From contig CALKCF010000007.1 in assembly GCA_938083505.1 (NCBI GenBank), forward strand, positions 32,001-96,000: a stretch of 64,000 nucleotides of DNA, given 5' to 3'. The translations under genes were made by a program, and so were the position numbers. This stretch comes from an uncultured archaeon. Its GTDB lineage: Archaea > Thermoproteota > Nitrososphaeria_A > Caldarchaeales > Wolframiiraptoraceae. Each line of letters starts with the position of its first letter. The first letter of the stretch is position 1. The notes under the pieces were generated by a model. It made no database searches. It was not told the origin of the DNA and saw nothing but the letters and a program-made list of their open reading frames with translations. This document shows positions 1 to 10,664 of the stretch, in pieces.

Positions 1-560
1 TAATAGGTAAGCAAGGTAAGACTACACTTCTTTGGGTATTCGAGGAAGGGCTTTTTGAGCCTGCAGACTCTCTGCCGCTACACAACACTATTCATGGTAA
101 AGTAGGCATTCTGAGGTGTTCCGAGATAATCTATCCTGAGCCTATGTCGATCCTAAGTATGATGGGGGCTGACATCGTATTCGTTATTTCAAATTGGAAT
201 GCGAACGTGATACATCTTTGGCACCGCATAATTTTGGTCCGATCTTGGGAGAACTGGATGCCTATAGTAGGTGTTAACACGGCCGAATGGACTAAATCGC
301 GATTGGTTTATGGAGACTTCGAATTAGAGCCTAGGTACGGGGGATACAGTATAATTGTCGTGCCCGAAGATGTCGCGAACATTGACGAGTTCATCGTCAG
401 ACCTTATAGCGGTGAAAATATGTTCACGGAAGAGAGGTTAATAAAGTCGAAAGCAGGTAAAGATGAGGAGATATTGGTTGCGGACATGGACTTGAAGCGA
501 TACTCTGAGTTTAGATGGACTGTCTTCTTCAGGAATAGAAGGCTAAAATTCAACGTATAG
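1..560 (+). CDS. Carbon-nitrogen hydrolase (nitrilase family), 5' end outside the window
   Basis: The frame of ORF 144..560 is open back to position 3: IGKQGKTTL...GKVGILRCSEIIYPE...GADIVF. This carries the catalytic Lys and Cys motifs of the nitrilase superfamily and a C-terminal EEILVADMDL. Confidence 0.8.
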   Translation, partial: IGKQGKTTLLWVFEEGLFEPADSLPLHNTIHGKVGILRCSEIIYPEPMSILSMMGADIVFVISNWNANVIHLWHRIILVRSWENWMPIVGVNTAEWTKSRLVYGDFELEPRYGGYSIIVVPEDVANIDEFIVRPYSGENMFTEERLIKSKAGKDEEILVADMDLKRYSEFRWTVFFRNRRLKFNV

Positions 561-596
561 AAAAAAGTTTTTAAATAAAGGATATGTTTACATGCT

Positions 597-1445
597 GTGC
601 CTAAGGTATACATACCACATCCAAAATATCCTACAGTATCTATAACTGGTAGTAATTGTGAGCTGAAGTGCGACTACTGTCGCGCTCTTGTCTTAAGAAC
701 GATGGTGCAGATAGAGAACCCTGACAGATTTCTGTCCTTTTGTAAGAGGTTAAAGGAAAGAGGTGGTATTGGATGCTTACTCAGCGGTGGCTTCAACAAG
801 GAAGGTAAGTTACCTTTTGAGCCATACATTGAAGCCATAAGGTATGCAAAAAAGGAGTTAGGTCTAACGCTCAGCATACATCCCGGCATATTAGATAAAG
901 ATGATACAGCCAAGTTAAAGGATTCTGGAATAGATATAGCAGAATTCTACGTCGTTCTCAGCGAAAGCGTTCTAAGGAAAGTTATGCATACCAAATTATG
1001 TAAGGACGACGTATTGAAGGCACTCGATACAATTTACACCCATGGTCCGCGTTATATCTCGCCACATATAACGGTAGGCTCAGATTATGGCAAAATCTCT
1101 TGGGAATATGAGGCCATCGATGTGTTGAGAGACTATGACCCCTACGTTTTAATATTTCTAATATTGGTGCCGATAGAAGGCACACCCATGGCTCATGTTA
1201 AACCGCCTCCTATAAGCGATTTGATAGACCTTTTTTCTACTGCTAGGAAAAAATTGGAAAACACGGAACTTGTGCTGGGCTGCATGAGGGTTAGGGGTAG
1301 GTATACGCAGACGCTTGAAAACGAGCTAATATATAGGGGTCTAGTTGACAGGATAGCGGTACCCTACACATCAATCCCAGAACCGATTATCGAGACATGC
1401 TGCTCTCTTCCGGACAGTATCGCAATAAAACATGCACAAAGATAA
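597..1445 (+). CDS. Radical SAM protein, LipS1-like (archaeal lipoyl synthase subunit paralogue)
   Basis: CELKCDYC (CX3CX2C), GCMR and C-terminal CC motifs; paralogous to 49306..50298. Confidence 0.8.
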   Translation: MPKVYIPHPKYPTVSITGSNCELKCDYCRALVLRTMVQIENPDRFLSFCKRLKERGGIGCLLSGGFNKEGKLPFEPYIEAIRYAKKELGLTLSIHPGILDKDDTAKLKDSGIDIAEFYVVLSESVLRKVMHTKLCKDDVLKALDTIYTHGPRYISPHITVGSDYGKISWEYEAIDVLRDYDPYVLIFLILVPIEGTPMAHVKPPPISDLIDLFSTARKKLENTELVLGCMRVRGRYTQTLENELIYRGLVDRIAVPYTSIPEPIIETCCSLPDSIAIKHAQR

Positions 1446-1468
1446 ATAAAAAAATAATAGATGTTGTT

Positions 1469-2551
1469 TTATTTGAAGTAAGGTATCACCTTCTCGCCTA
1501 TGAGCTTTATCTGCTCTTCTAGTTTCCTAACGTCACCCGTTACGTAAAGGCCTACTAAGTCCTTTATGACGACGTTCTTCGCTCCAGCCTTTAGGAACTT
1601 CTCTATGCCTGCAATTACTTCGTCTGGTGTACCTACGGCTAAGAACTTCTCAGCTATTTTATCAGGCATAGCTTCTGCAGCTTTTCTTGGCATAGCGACT
1701 ACTTCCTCGACAGGTGGTGCTCTCTGGTAAGAGTAGTCTACGGTCTCAGGTATCGGCACTTCAAACCCGAGCTCTTTCAGAGTCTTTCTATGCGTTAGCA
1801 TTATGATCTCTGGCTTTATGGCGTCGACTACAGCCTTTCTCATGTTTGGGTCGTCAGTTACTGCAGTATAGATAAAGGCGATCTTGTCTATAGCTTCAAA
1901 GTCCCTTCCTGCCTTCTTTGCGGCATCCTTTATTATCTCCAGCCTTTTCTGATAGAGTTCCGGTGTGGCAAGCCAAGGTTTCCAACCATCAGCAACTTCG
2001 CCTACTAACCTAAGAGACTTGGGAGATCCCAATGCGCCTACATAGATAGGTGGTGCGGGCTTCTGCACAGGAACTTGGTCTATCCAAGCGTTCTTAAGCT
2101 TATAAAACTTCCCCTCAAAATTAACAGGACTTGCCCTACTGGACTTCCATGAGAGCCTGATCACTTCTATGGCTTCCTTCAACCTTGAAACCCTCGTTTC
2201 TGGATCCTCCCACGGTAAACCGTATGCCACTATGTTCATAGCTTCACCGGCTCCGAGTCCGAGTATTGTCCTACCACCAGTCAGCTCGTCAAGCGTAGCG
2301 GTAATATGCGCAACTTTTGTCGGATGCGCCCTAATAACATCCGTCACATCTGTTGCAAGCCTCATGTTCTTTGTTTGTGCGCCTATAGCGGTGAGTGTTA
2401 CCCAGGGGTCAACTTTGTCGCCCGAGGGTGGCATGTCCGTATAATGGTCTGGAACCCATGCAGACGTAAAACCATATTTTTCGGCAAGTACACCTGCATA
2501 TACTAGATCCGCCACAGGTAGAACAGTTAGGTGTATGCCAAACTTTACCAT
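1469..2551 (-). CDS. LLM-class (luciferase-like, possibly F420-dependent) oxidoreductase
   Basis: AEKYGFTSAWVPDH, DPWVTLTAI, GRTILGLGAG, PPIYVGALG motifs. Confidence 0.88.
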   Translation of the reverse strand: MVKFGIHLTVLPVADLVYAGVLAEKYGFTSAWVPDHYTDMPPSGDKVDPWVTLTAIGAQTKNMRLATDVTDVIRAHPTKVAHITATLDELTGGRTILGLGAGEAMNIVAYGLPWEDPETRVSRLKEAIEVIRLSWKSSRASPVNFEGKFYKLKNAWIDQVPVQKPAPPIYVGALGSPKSLRLVGEVADGWKPWLATPELYQKRLEIIKDAAKKAGRDFEAIDKIAFIYTAVTDDPNMRKAVVDAIKPEIIMLTHRKTLKELGFEVPIPETVDYSYQRAPPVEEVVAMPRKAAEAMPDKIAEKFLAVGTPDEVIAGIEKFLKAGAKNVVIKDLVGLYVTGDVRKLEEQIKLIGEKVIPYFK

Positions 2552-2620
2552 AACATTTCGGAAAAAAATTGGTCAATTAGTTTAATAAGTCTTTCCGTTT
2601 TTTCTTATATAAAATCTAAA

Positions 2621-3787
2621 TTATTGCTTCCCTTTTTCAACTTTTGAGATAATAGCGATACATGCCATCGCAGCGGCCATTAGGGCTTGGAGAAGGAAGC
2701 TTTCTCGTAGACCTATCGTCTCGGATACATATCCGGCTAGCAATGGACCGCATGCAAAACCAAGACCGAATATGCCCTCATATATGCCTACGACAAAGCC
2801 GTACTTCTCTGCAGGCGTGTTACGGGTTAGCGCATTAAAGAGTAAGGAGGTAAAGTAGCTTAACGTTGCAGCATAAATTGCAACTGCAGCATAAAAAACG
2901 GCCAGGGATGGGAAGTGTGCTATTAAAAGCATAGGGATGGCAAAAAGCGCTGAGGCTATCGTGAAGGCAAACTTCGGCGGTGACTTAACAATCTTTCCTA
3001 CAACTAAAAATGACAGTAATCTGGCAAGGCTGAAGACTGTGAATATCGTGCCAACGTAGAACTCGCTTATTCCTAATCTCCAAGCATAGTTGGGAAATAT
3101 AACTAAGAGTGTCGCGTAGACCATTGACTGGATAATGAGCATGCTATAGAATGGTGCGAGTTTAAGAAGAGAAAATTCACCATATTCCCACTTCTCATTC
3201 AAATTCTTTTGCTCCAAGGTTTTCGGTTGCCTTAGTGCAAGGACCAGCGGTATCGCAACCACTAATATTGCCAAGGATAGCCAGAATGCGGTATATATGC
3301 CGAAACTCTCAGCTATGTAGCCTCCGATACTGGGTCCGAGCAGAAAGCCGGCGTTCCACGAGACGCTATAGAATGCAAACGTCCTGATCCTATTCTGAGC
3401 TGTTGAACTAGAAGCAACCATAGTTTCTCCTACAGGCCAGTAGAAGACAAATGCCAGACCGATCAGAAACTGAGCGGCGATAATTCCAGGTACGCTCCTA
3501 ATCAGTGAGACAACCATGTAAAAAATTGCAGCCATTATAGGACTAACCAAGTACAACTTAACTTTGTCGACGCCCGCCAAAAAATGTCCGACAAGAGCGG
3601 GTAGGAAGGTATATGGCAATGCTCTCACGAAGCCGAGCGCTCCTATCTCTATATAAGATGCGCCAAGAACCTCAGCCTGTATGGGGATAAAGTATAGACC
3701 AGAAGATATGCCAAGTCCTATGACGAATGTGGAAGTGCTGAGCAGCCGCAGGAACGTTGCAGATTCTTTTAGCGTAAATTCACCCAA
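2621..3787 (-). CDS. MFS transporter
   Basis: About 12 hydrophobic segments; GFLLGPSIGG and GFACGPLLAG repeats. Confidence 0.88.
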   Translation of the reverse strand: MGEFTLKESATFLRLLSTSTFVIGLGISSGLYFIPIQAEVLGASYIEIGALGFVRALPYTFLPALVGHFLAGVDKVKLYLVSPIMAAIFYMVVSLIRSVPGIIAAQFLIGLAFVFYWPVGETMVASSSTAQNRIRTFAFYSVSWNAGFLLGPSIGGYIAESFGIYTAFWLSLAILVVAIPLVLALRQPKTLEQKNLNEKWEYGEFSLLKLAPFYSMLIIQSMVYATLLVIFPNYAWRLGISEFYVGTIFTVFSLARLLSFLVVGKIVKSPPKFAFTIASALFAIPMLLIAHFPSLAVFYAAVAIYAATLSYFTSLLFNALTRNTPAEKYGFVVGIYEGIFGLGFACGPLLAGYVSETIGLRESFLLQALMAAAMACIAIISKVEKGKQ

Positions 3788-3875
3788 TTTCGTGTGCCCT
3801 TTAAGTACTGCTGTGATTAAAATGTTTTCAGTTCAAGTATAACTATGAAGAGAATCATGTAAAAATTCTAAATTT

Positions 3876-4580
3876 TCAAACGAAAGCAAACCGTCTTGCT
3901 TTCTTGAACACATTGTTCAACATGTTCTGCGTCAACCTACCAGTCTGCGTGTTTTGTCTGCTAGGATGATAGGCTGCGATGATTAGAGGTGCAGCTCTAC
4001 CGAACAACTCTCCTTCAAACTTGTAAACAGCACCATGCAAAAACTTCGGGGAAGGTCTGGGTATTCTAACACCTAATTCCGATAAGATTCTCACACAACT
4101 ACGGAACGCTATCATGCCGAGCGCAACTATTACCCTCACATTTCTGAGAAGGAAGATCTCATTCTTTAGGTATACTAAACAATTCCTGATTTCTCCCTTA
4201 GAAGGCATGTTTTTGGGCGGGACGCACCTGACAACGGCTGTTAGGTAGACTCCCTCAAGCTTAAGCCCATTATCCTTATGAATGCTGTAAGGCTGAGATG
4301 CGTAGCCCGCAAAGTACAGCGCCCTCATCAAGGTATCAGCGGAACCATCGCCTGTGAACATCCTTCCGGTCCTGTTCCCTCCATGAGCAGCTGGTGCGAG
4401 TCCGACGACTAAGAGTCTAGCATTGGGGTCGCCGAAGCCTGGTATGGGTTTTGCCCAATACTCCTCGTTCAAATACCTCTTCGGCCGATTCTCAGCTACA
4501 TAACGCCTATAGAATACAAGCCTGGGACATTTGTTACATGAAATTATCGTTGCTATTAGTTCTTCTAAACTGTTTAGCAT
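3876..4580 (-). CDS. udgB: Uracil-DNA glycosylase family 5
   Basis: CNKCPRL Fe-S ligands, GLAPAAHGGNRTGRMFTGD, YHPSRQN. Confidence 0.92.
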   Translation of the reverse strand: MLNSLEELIATIISCNKCPRLVFYRRYVAENRPKRYLNEEYWAKPIPGFGDPNARLLVVGLAPAAHGGNRTGRMFTGDGSADTLMRALYFAGYASQPYSIHKDNGLKLEGVYLTAVVRCVPPKNMPSKGEIRNCLVYLKNEIFLLRNVRVIVALGMIAFRSCVRILSELGVRIPRPSPKFLHGAVYKFEGELFGRAAPLIIAAYHPSRQNTQTGRLTQNMLNNVFKKARRFAFV

Positions 4581-4597
4581 GTAATATTCTCCGTTAC

Positions 4598-5236
4598 TTA
4601 ACGCCTAGTCAACTTTATGAACGGATTATCCCTCCTTTCAGTACCTATCGTTGTCAGTCTTCCATGCCCAGGATACACTACGTAATCATCTGGTAGAGAC
4701 ATCAACTTTTTGGATAACGAATTTACTAACTGCTCGCTGTTACCGCCGAGAAAATCCGTTCTGCCAACGGTACCAGCGAATAGTGTATCACCAGTAAACA
4801 CAAACCCATCACCTACTATTGATACGCTTCCGGGAGTATGTCCAGGAGTGTGTAAAACTCTAAGTAGATGCTGACCGATCTCCAGTACATATCCATCGTA
4901 CAGGTAGCCGTCCGGTTCGGCTATATTTGGGATGTTATCTCCTACATACTTCCTAGCAATTTTAGCGGCAATTTCTAATAACCATACATCATCCTTATGT
5001 ATCAAGAATTTACAATCAAGAGCGTCTCTAACGTAATTGGCTGCTAGTATGTGGTCAAAGTGTGCATGCGTGCCGCACAGGTAGCTGATCTTAACACTAA
5101 CTCTATCCACCAGCGCTACTATCTTGTCACCGTCGCCGCCGGCATCAACTATGATACCTTCATTTGTATCAGAATCGTATACAAGGTACGAATTGCTTGA
5201 AAGCGGTCCGACGACAACTTTCTCGACGCGCAGCAA
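4598..5236 (-). CDS. MBL-fold metallohydrolase (glyoxalase II-like)
   Basis: THAHFDH, TPGHTPGS, FTGDTLF, PGHG. Confidence 0.92.
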   Translation of the reverse strand: MLRVEKVVVGPLSSNSYLVYDSDTNEGIIVDAGGDGDKIVALVDRVSVKISYLCGTHAHFDHILAANYVRDALDCKFLIHKDDVWLLEIAAKIARKYVGDNIPNIAEPDGYLYDGYVLEIGQHLLRVLHTPGHTPGSVSIVGDGFVFTGDTLFAGTVGRTDFLGGNSEQLVNSLSKKLMSLPDDYVVYPGHGRLTTIGTERRDNPFIKLTRR

Positions 5237-5256
5237 TGAGTATCACGCCCCGCATA

Positions 5257-6192
5257 TTAACCATAGACAAGCTCTTCCATTTCCTTATACTTTTTGAGTT
5301 TGGCCTCTATGAGTTCAACAATCTGACTCGGCCTTAGTATACCTTCCTCTGTTACGTAAGCCGTCACGAGCTCTACGGGCACAACCTCAAAGTATGGATT
5401 CCTTACCTTTATCTTTTGGGTAGGGAGCGATTCTGGCGGTAGTACCTCTTCGGTGACATGCTCCTCTTCCAGATACTCTAAGGTAGGTAGGGCTTTCCAT
5501 GTTGTGGAGACGACGTAGAGCGGCTTTCCTAAGAACCTACATGTGCATGCTAACTGGAGCGTACCAACTTTGTTAGTGAAAGAACCGTCCATAAGGATCG
5601 AATCTGCTCCGACAAGCGCAGCATCTGCCTCTTTCAGCATGTAACCGATTGCAGCATCTGTTGTTAGCACCGTGTCGATTCCCGATTCTGCTAAAGCCAC
5701 TGCCATCCTTCTACCTTCAAAGAGAGGTCTAGATTCTGCCACGTAAACCTTAATGTTCCTTCTAACCTCCTTAAGGACTGCCAACACTGATGAGCTATAA
5801 CTTAACGTTACAACACTGCCAAGTCCTGAAAGCAGTTTACGTCCAAACCTCCTAAGTCTTTCGACTGCAACATTATGTTCCTCGAGTACCGACATGGTTA
5901 TCTGTTTCAGCAGCTCTTTTAAGACGTGAGGGTTATCTACGTAACGTGAAGCCTCAACAAACTTGACCGCTACCTTAAACGCTGCGTTTTTCAAAGAGAA
6001 CATCGAAGGTCTGGAGTCTGCTATCTCTCGTGCCAACACGATAACTGATCGTCTGAGCGCATCCGCAGACTCTACGTATGCCGAATCTGCTAAAGTGATA
6101 AAGGCGTCCATAGCCCTGATGGTAAGCTCTGCCGATCCACTTTCCACATCGTTCTTTATCTTCCTGAGTATGCTCTCAAACTCTTGCTCCAA
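5257..6192 (-). CDS. eIF-2B subunit family / ribose-1,5-bisphosphate isomerase-like protein
   Basis: ESRPLFEG, VGAD, NKVGT, NPYFE motifs; the Cys of the isomerase THC motif is replaced (TLSYS). Confidence 0.85.
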   Translation of the reverse strand: MEQEFESILRKIKNDVESGSAELTIRAMDAFITLADSAYVESADALRRSVIVLAREIADSRPSMFSLKNAAFKVAVKFVEASRYVDNPHVLKELLKQITMSVLEEHNVAVERLRRFGRKLLSGLGSVVTLSYSSSVLAVLKEVRRNIKVYVAESRPLFEGRRMAVALAESGIDTVLTTDAAIGYMLKEADAALVGADSILMDGSFTNKVGTLQLACTCRFLGKPLYVVSTTWKALPTLEYLEEEHVTEEVLPPESLPTQKIKVRNPYFEVVPVELVTAYVTEEGILRPSQIVELIEAKLKKYKEMEELVYG

Positions 6193-6268
6193 ATATCACC
6201 TACCCAATCTAATCAACTCTCGTAATCTTAGATTAAAAGCTAGCGCTTTTGTGTTTACATTAGACTGA

Positions 6269-8806
6269 CTACATGAAACTTTCCAAGCCACTTACGCCCA
6301 CCATCTTATCGAAGTCTATTCCTAGCGCATCCAGAACTTGCTCGAACGTCGACCTCATATAGTCGATATACTTCTCGACGTCAACATGCTCTGGCCTTGC
6401 AAGTTGGAGCGGTCTGACACCATCTTTATCCTTAGTCTTCACGAAACTTATTATGTCTCCGGCCGACAGCTGTATACCAATGACCTCTAGCTTTCTCGCC
6501 GCCTTGACATGTTGTGGCGTCGTTTTCGTGTATTTCTCGGGCATCTTGGATAACATGACCCTAAATGCTAAGTCCTCCAACTCAAACTGCCCGTTCTTCA
6601 GTTTGTAGTACCAACTCCTTAAGAGGTTTTGCAGATTCTGCTTAGCTTGCTCGAAGTCATCTTCGTTCTGTACCTTCTTGAACTCCTCCAACATATTGTC
6701 AAAGGCTTCCTTTATGAACGTCGGTATGTGTCTCTTCTTTCCAGTCAGACCCTTAACGTCCACGACATCCTTCGTCGTCACACCAAGATAGTTCTTCTTT
6801 CTCGTGGAGAAGACAACATACCTGTAAACCTTGTCAACCTCGAGGTCTAACCTTAGCGTGCTCTTCGCCCATGATATGAGCTCATCTATGAGCTTCGGAT
6901 CGTTAGTCTTCAAGAAGAGGGAATCTGTATCGCCGTAAACTACCCGTATCCCTAGCTCTCTGGCTTTCTTTAAAGTCATCTTAAATGCATACCTTCCTAT
7001 TGCTGCAGTACTCTCGGCAACTGGTGGACAGTAGAGCTGGAAGTTGGAGAAGCCGAACACGCCGTAGCTAGCATTGAGCAAAACCTTCAGAGCCCGTTGG
7101 ACAACCTCATACCAACCCCTAACTTCGAGCTGGAGCGTCTTGTCGCCGCTCTTGGGCTTGTACCATCCGATCCTTATATCCCTTAGTGCGCCTATCACAA
7201 GGCTTTGGAGACCGCGCCTCTTCTTACAGACCCAATGACCAGTTTCTGGGATAATGTTGTCCTTACACTCTTCATGGACACACCTCACAGTTTCGTAGCT
7301 TAAGTTCCACTCCTTGAGGGCTGAAGGATATAGGCTTGCAAAGTCCAAGACTGTAACCCCAAAGTGTACGCCCGCCATCGGTTCCGCAACCAAAGCACCC
7401 CTGTACTTCTTTCCCTCGATAACTGCCTTAGTCGTAGTGGCTCCTTTTTCTTGAAGCAACTCGTCTTGTCTCGGTATCAGGTAGCCCCTCCTTCTATGCT
7501 CGAAGTAGAGCAAGCTCTTTATCCAGCCTGAAACTCCATGTCTGCAAACATCCTCGATGGGCATTCTGCTTATTCTCGCCAAGATTATGAGTAGTTTGAT
7601 TAAAAGCGAATCATTAAAGCTCAATAACTCGTGTACCAGTGCAGCGTCCCAGAAGCTGTACCTAGCTAACTCCTCCAGGCTCAACTCGCCCAGCGGCTTG
7701 CTTATCTCTACTTTGCCTTTTCCTATGAGCGCTCTTGAGATTGCTTCTAACGTGTTTTCTCGGTATTTGTTATCAAAGGCATATACCTGTATGGATTTGT
7801 TTAGGAAGAGCCTGTATAGGTCCACATGTATTCCCTTACGTAATGTTGCCCCCTCTTTACCGATTAATATCGGGTTCTTCTCCTTGGGTATGCCTAACTT
7901 GTCACCCCTGTTCTTTAAGTACGGTAGGTCAAAATCATCACCGTTGAATGTTGCAACAAGAGGGTATGAGCTTATTACATTAAATGCCTCCTCCAGCATC
8001 GTCTTTTCATTATCGAAGAGTCTTAACTCGAATCCCTCGTTAATTGGATTGGATGTGATATTTCCTCTTTTTAGCAGAAATACTGCATTGAAACCGTCAG
8101 AACCGACGAACGAGATTGCCACGACAGGGTCTTCGGCTTTCGTCGGCGAGGGTACTCTGGTAGTTACCGGTGCCAGAACTTCTATGTCGATAGAAACGTG
8201 CTTTATCTTAGGATACTGTGCCTCCAAAATTGAGAGCCATTTTCGAATCTCCTCGGCATCCTCGCCCTTCGCTTCAGCAAGATGTTTGGTCATGGCCATT
8301 ATTTGGTTAATAACATTGTCGCTGGCCACCATTATGGTAAGCCTTCCATCGGTAATTGTATAGGGCATGCCCGGTATCAAGCCCTTGTCATACAAATAGC
8401 AGAGGTGGTAAGGTATGTCTGCCTCCCAAACTGTGAGGAATTCCCTTATTGAATTGGATCTCCCTCCGATTGCCAGCGGGTCGTTAGCGATGATCTTAGT
8501 CAGCGTTATTTCCCTATCATGTAAAAGATCGCGCTTCTTTTCTTCTACAAAACCTATGGCCCCTCTGGCCTTCAGCTCTTGGTTGTTAGACAGCTCCTCC
8601 AAGCTTAGATTCGAATAACAATATGGTTTGTGCTCGCTTTCATCGTAAAGAATGAGTACCTCGTTCTTTTCAGGGTCTAGCATCTTAAGATAAGCCTTAC
8701 CAGTTTGGCCATCATAGGCTGACGATAGTAGATATAGCACCTTTTCTCCGCACTTTGTCCAGTCTTCTAAGGATGTCTGTTGAATCATATAAGATTCTTG
8801 ATCCAC
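6269..8806 (-). CDS. polB: Family B DNA polymerase (PolB1 type)
   Basis: Exonuclease DIEV and FNGDDFD; polymerase DFASLYPS, KVLLNASYG, YGDTDS, KKNY. Confidence 0.97.
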   Translation of the reverse strand: MDQESYMIQQTSLEDWTKCGEKVLYLLSSAYDGQTGKAYLKMLDPEKNEVLILYDESEHKPYCYSNLSLEELSNNQELKARGAIGFVEEKKRDLLHDREITLTKIIANDPLAIGGRSNSIREFLTVWEADIPYHLCYLYDKGLIPGMPYTITDGRLTIMVASDNVINQIMAMTKHLAEAKGEDAEEIRKWLSILEAQYPKIKHVSIDIEVLAPVTTRVPSPTKAEDPVVAISFVGSDGFNAVFLLKRGNITSNPINEGFELRLFDNEKTMLEEAFNVISSYPLVATFNGDDFDLPYLKNRGDKLGIPKEKNPILIGKEGATLRKGIHVDLYRLFLNKSIQVYAFDNKYRENTLEAISRALIGKGKVEISKPLGELSLEELARYSFWDAALVHELLSFNDSLLIKLLIILARISRMPIEDVCRHGVSGWIKSLLYFEHRRRGYLIPRQDELLQEKGATTTKAVIEGKKYRGALVAEPMAGVHFGVTVLDFASLYPSALKEWNLSYETVRCVHEECKDNIIPETGHWVCKKRRGLQSLVIGALRDIRIGWYKPKSGDKTLQLEVRGWYEVVQRALKVLLNASYGVFGFSNFQLYCPPVAESTAAIGRYAFKMTLKKARELGIRVVYGDTDSLFLKTNDPKLIDELISWAKSTLRLDLEVDKVYRYVVFSTRKKNYLGVTTKDVVDVKGLTGKKRHIPTFIKEAFDNMLEEFKKVQNEDDFEQAKQNLQNLLRSWYYKLKNGQFELEDLAFRVMLSKMPEKYTKTTPQHVKAARKLEVIGIQLSAGDIISFVKTKDKDGVRPLQLARPEHVDVEKYIDYMRSTFEQVLDALGIDFDKMVGVSGLESFM

Positions 8807-8832
8807 AATATAATTAGTCTACAAGCACATAC

Positions 8833-10608
8833 TTAATAACGTTTATCTGGTAAAAATTTGGTACTCGTCTCAGAAGTTGGTTTTTCTAGGACCCTGCTCC
8901 TCCGCCAGCTTAGCAGCACATATAAAAGACATGATAGCGATGCGACGAGTAGCGCAAGCGTCAGGATCTGAACGACTGACATGACGTCCACCAACGATCC
9001 ACCTATGCTGATCTTGTCACCTATTGTTATCCTAAGTTCCTCAGGACCCACCAATGGTATGCTGCGTTTCTGTAAGAGCTCTCCATCCATAAACACCGAA
9101 ACCATGAGCTTGCCTGGGTACGGTAAGGTCAATCTTATACCCTCTCCATCAACAATACCGTCAAACATATTTTCCCCTTCAAAGCTGACTTGAAGTCTTA
9201 GGCCGCCTATTGATGTGCCGAGCGAATCTACAACAGAAACGGTCACAGGATAGTTAATGGACTTCAGCCTTATGTTAATGTCCCCTTCACCGAGATTCAT
9301 AACACCATAATGTACTGGCCTTCCCATGTAGTTGAGCGTAACCTCGTACAAGCCTGGAAGGATTTTCAGATCGGCGCGTCCATCGTTTTCCGTAGTCGCC
9401 CCATACTCAGTGCCCGAGATGGTATCTTTGGCCTTGAGTGTTACACCGGCAAGCGGTACGCCTTCGTAATCCGTTACCGTTAACACAGCCCTAGAAAGCC
9501 TCGCAACAAACGTCTCTTCGGTGAGTGCTGACGTCACTTTCGTAACGAGCTTGCCTATGTACGATTTGCCTCTGAACAGCATTAGGGTGTAATCGCCAAC
9601 GTTACTGGGTGGTGTTGAGAAGGGTGCATTGGCGAGCGTGATCGTACCATCTGCATCGGTTTTCAAGGTCGTAAAGTTAGTAATAAGCCCATTACTTATC
9701 ATCACGCTTATTCCCTTAATCGGCTTTCCATCCTCATCAACGACCTTGAGCTTCAACGTGCCTAGGCTCGCGACTATGTCCAGAGCCACATCATGCATAA
9801 CATTCCTATTTTCTCTGTAAATGGTTATCGGCGTCGTGATAATAGTTTTTGTGACCTCTATTGTATAGTATTGTGTCGGTGCAAGCTCTGACGATGGAAT
9901 GTTCCGGAACGATACTGTTCCATCGGGTCCCGTGAGGCTCTTGCTAAAGTCTTCGGATCTTATCGTTACGGTTACTTGCGGGACTTTTTTACCTTCCATA
10001 TTCGTCACTGTGACGTTCAGATTCACGATCCTCGCAGATAGATTAATCAACGTTTTCTCTGGCACGGAGAACTGCGAGCTGACAACGATTATGCCATCCA
10101 CGAGAGCCTCAGCCGTATAGTCTCCTATGCCTACAACCGAAGAGTATGGAACGTCGGTAAAAGATACGCTGCCAAATTCGCCAGTCTTTCCGCTTAGGTT
10201 GATGCGACCACCAGAATCCCTTATACGCACCGTTATGTCCTGAACAGGCCTCTCCTTCGTATCTAGAACGATTACATTAATGGATGATATTTTGAGGACG
10301 AGCTCCACGTACGATTCTTTTGGAAACTCTACAACTTTTTGTGTCACGACAAAATCCCTGATTGCCGCCTCAACAGTATAGGTACCGCCTGGTAGATTCT
10401 TGAACACCGCATGACCTGTGCTGTTCGTTACGAAGATACGACTGAACCCTTCTTTGATAACTCTGACCTCGACATTACCCCTCGGCCTACCATCAGCATC
10501 GACCACGTGGACGTAGAGGTCCTGTTGCGCATGGATTACCGGCAGTAAGTAAGCAACGATTAGCGCTAAGGTAACGAGCAAAACCAACCTTTTTAAAGCC
10601 CCGTTCAT
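8833..10608 (-). CDS. Secreted, C-terminally anchored surface protein with tandem beta-sandwich (carboxypeptidase regulatory-like) repeats
   Basis: N-terminal signal peptide; about 6 repeats of VxVxDxxGxP...TxxxG; C-terminal TM helix followed by RRSR. Confidence 0.75.
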   Translation of the reverse strand: MNGALKRLVLLVTLALIVAYLLPVIHAQQDLYVHVVDADGRPRGNVEVRVIKEGFSRIFVTNSTGHAVFKNLPGGTYTVEAAIRDFVVTQKVVEFPKESYVELVLKISSINVIVLDTKERPVQDITVRIRDSGGRINLSGKTGEFGSVSFTDVPYSSVVGIGDYTAEALVDGIIVVSSQFSVPEKTLINLSARIVNLNVTVTNMEGKKVPQVTVTIRSEDFSKSLTGPDGTVSFRNIPSSELAPTQYYTIEVTKTIITTPITIYRENRNVMHDVALDIVASLGTLKLKVVDEDGKPIKGISVMISNGLITNFTTLKTDADGTITLANAPFSTPPSNVGDYTLMLFRGKSYIGKLVTKVTSALTEETFVARLSRAVLTVTDYEGVPLAGVTLKAKDTISGTEYGATTENDGRADLKILPGLYEVTLNYMGRPVHYGVMNLGEGDINIRLKSINYPVTVSVVDSLGTSIGGLRLQVSFEGENMFDGIVDGEGIRLTLPYPGKLMVSVFMDGELLQKRSIPLVGPEELRITIGDKISIGGSLVDVMSVVQILTLALLVASLSCLLYVLLSWRRSRVLEKPTSETSTKFLPDKRY

Positions 10609-10664
10609 TGTAGAACCAACCTTGATGCCTTTAGAAATACAACAAGACAGTTGTTAATAATATT

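Noticed and set aside
7557-8363. 268-aa plus-strand ORF (likewise 21720..22337, 27731..28297, 43912..44442, 44896..45423, 16138..16587)
   Set aside because: Antisense shadows of well-supported genes, with no recognisable motifs.
6269-8806. Intein or inactivation in PolB
   Set aside because: Normal length with all catalytic motifs contiguous.
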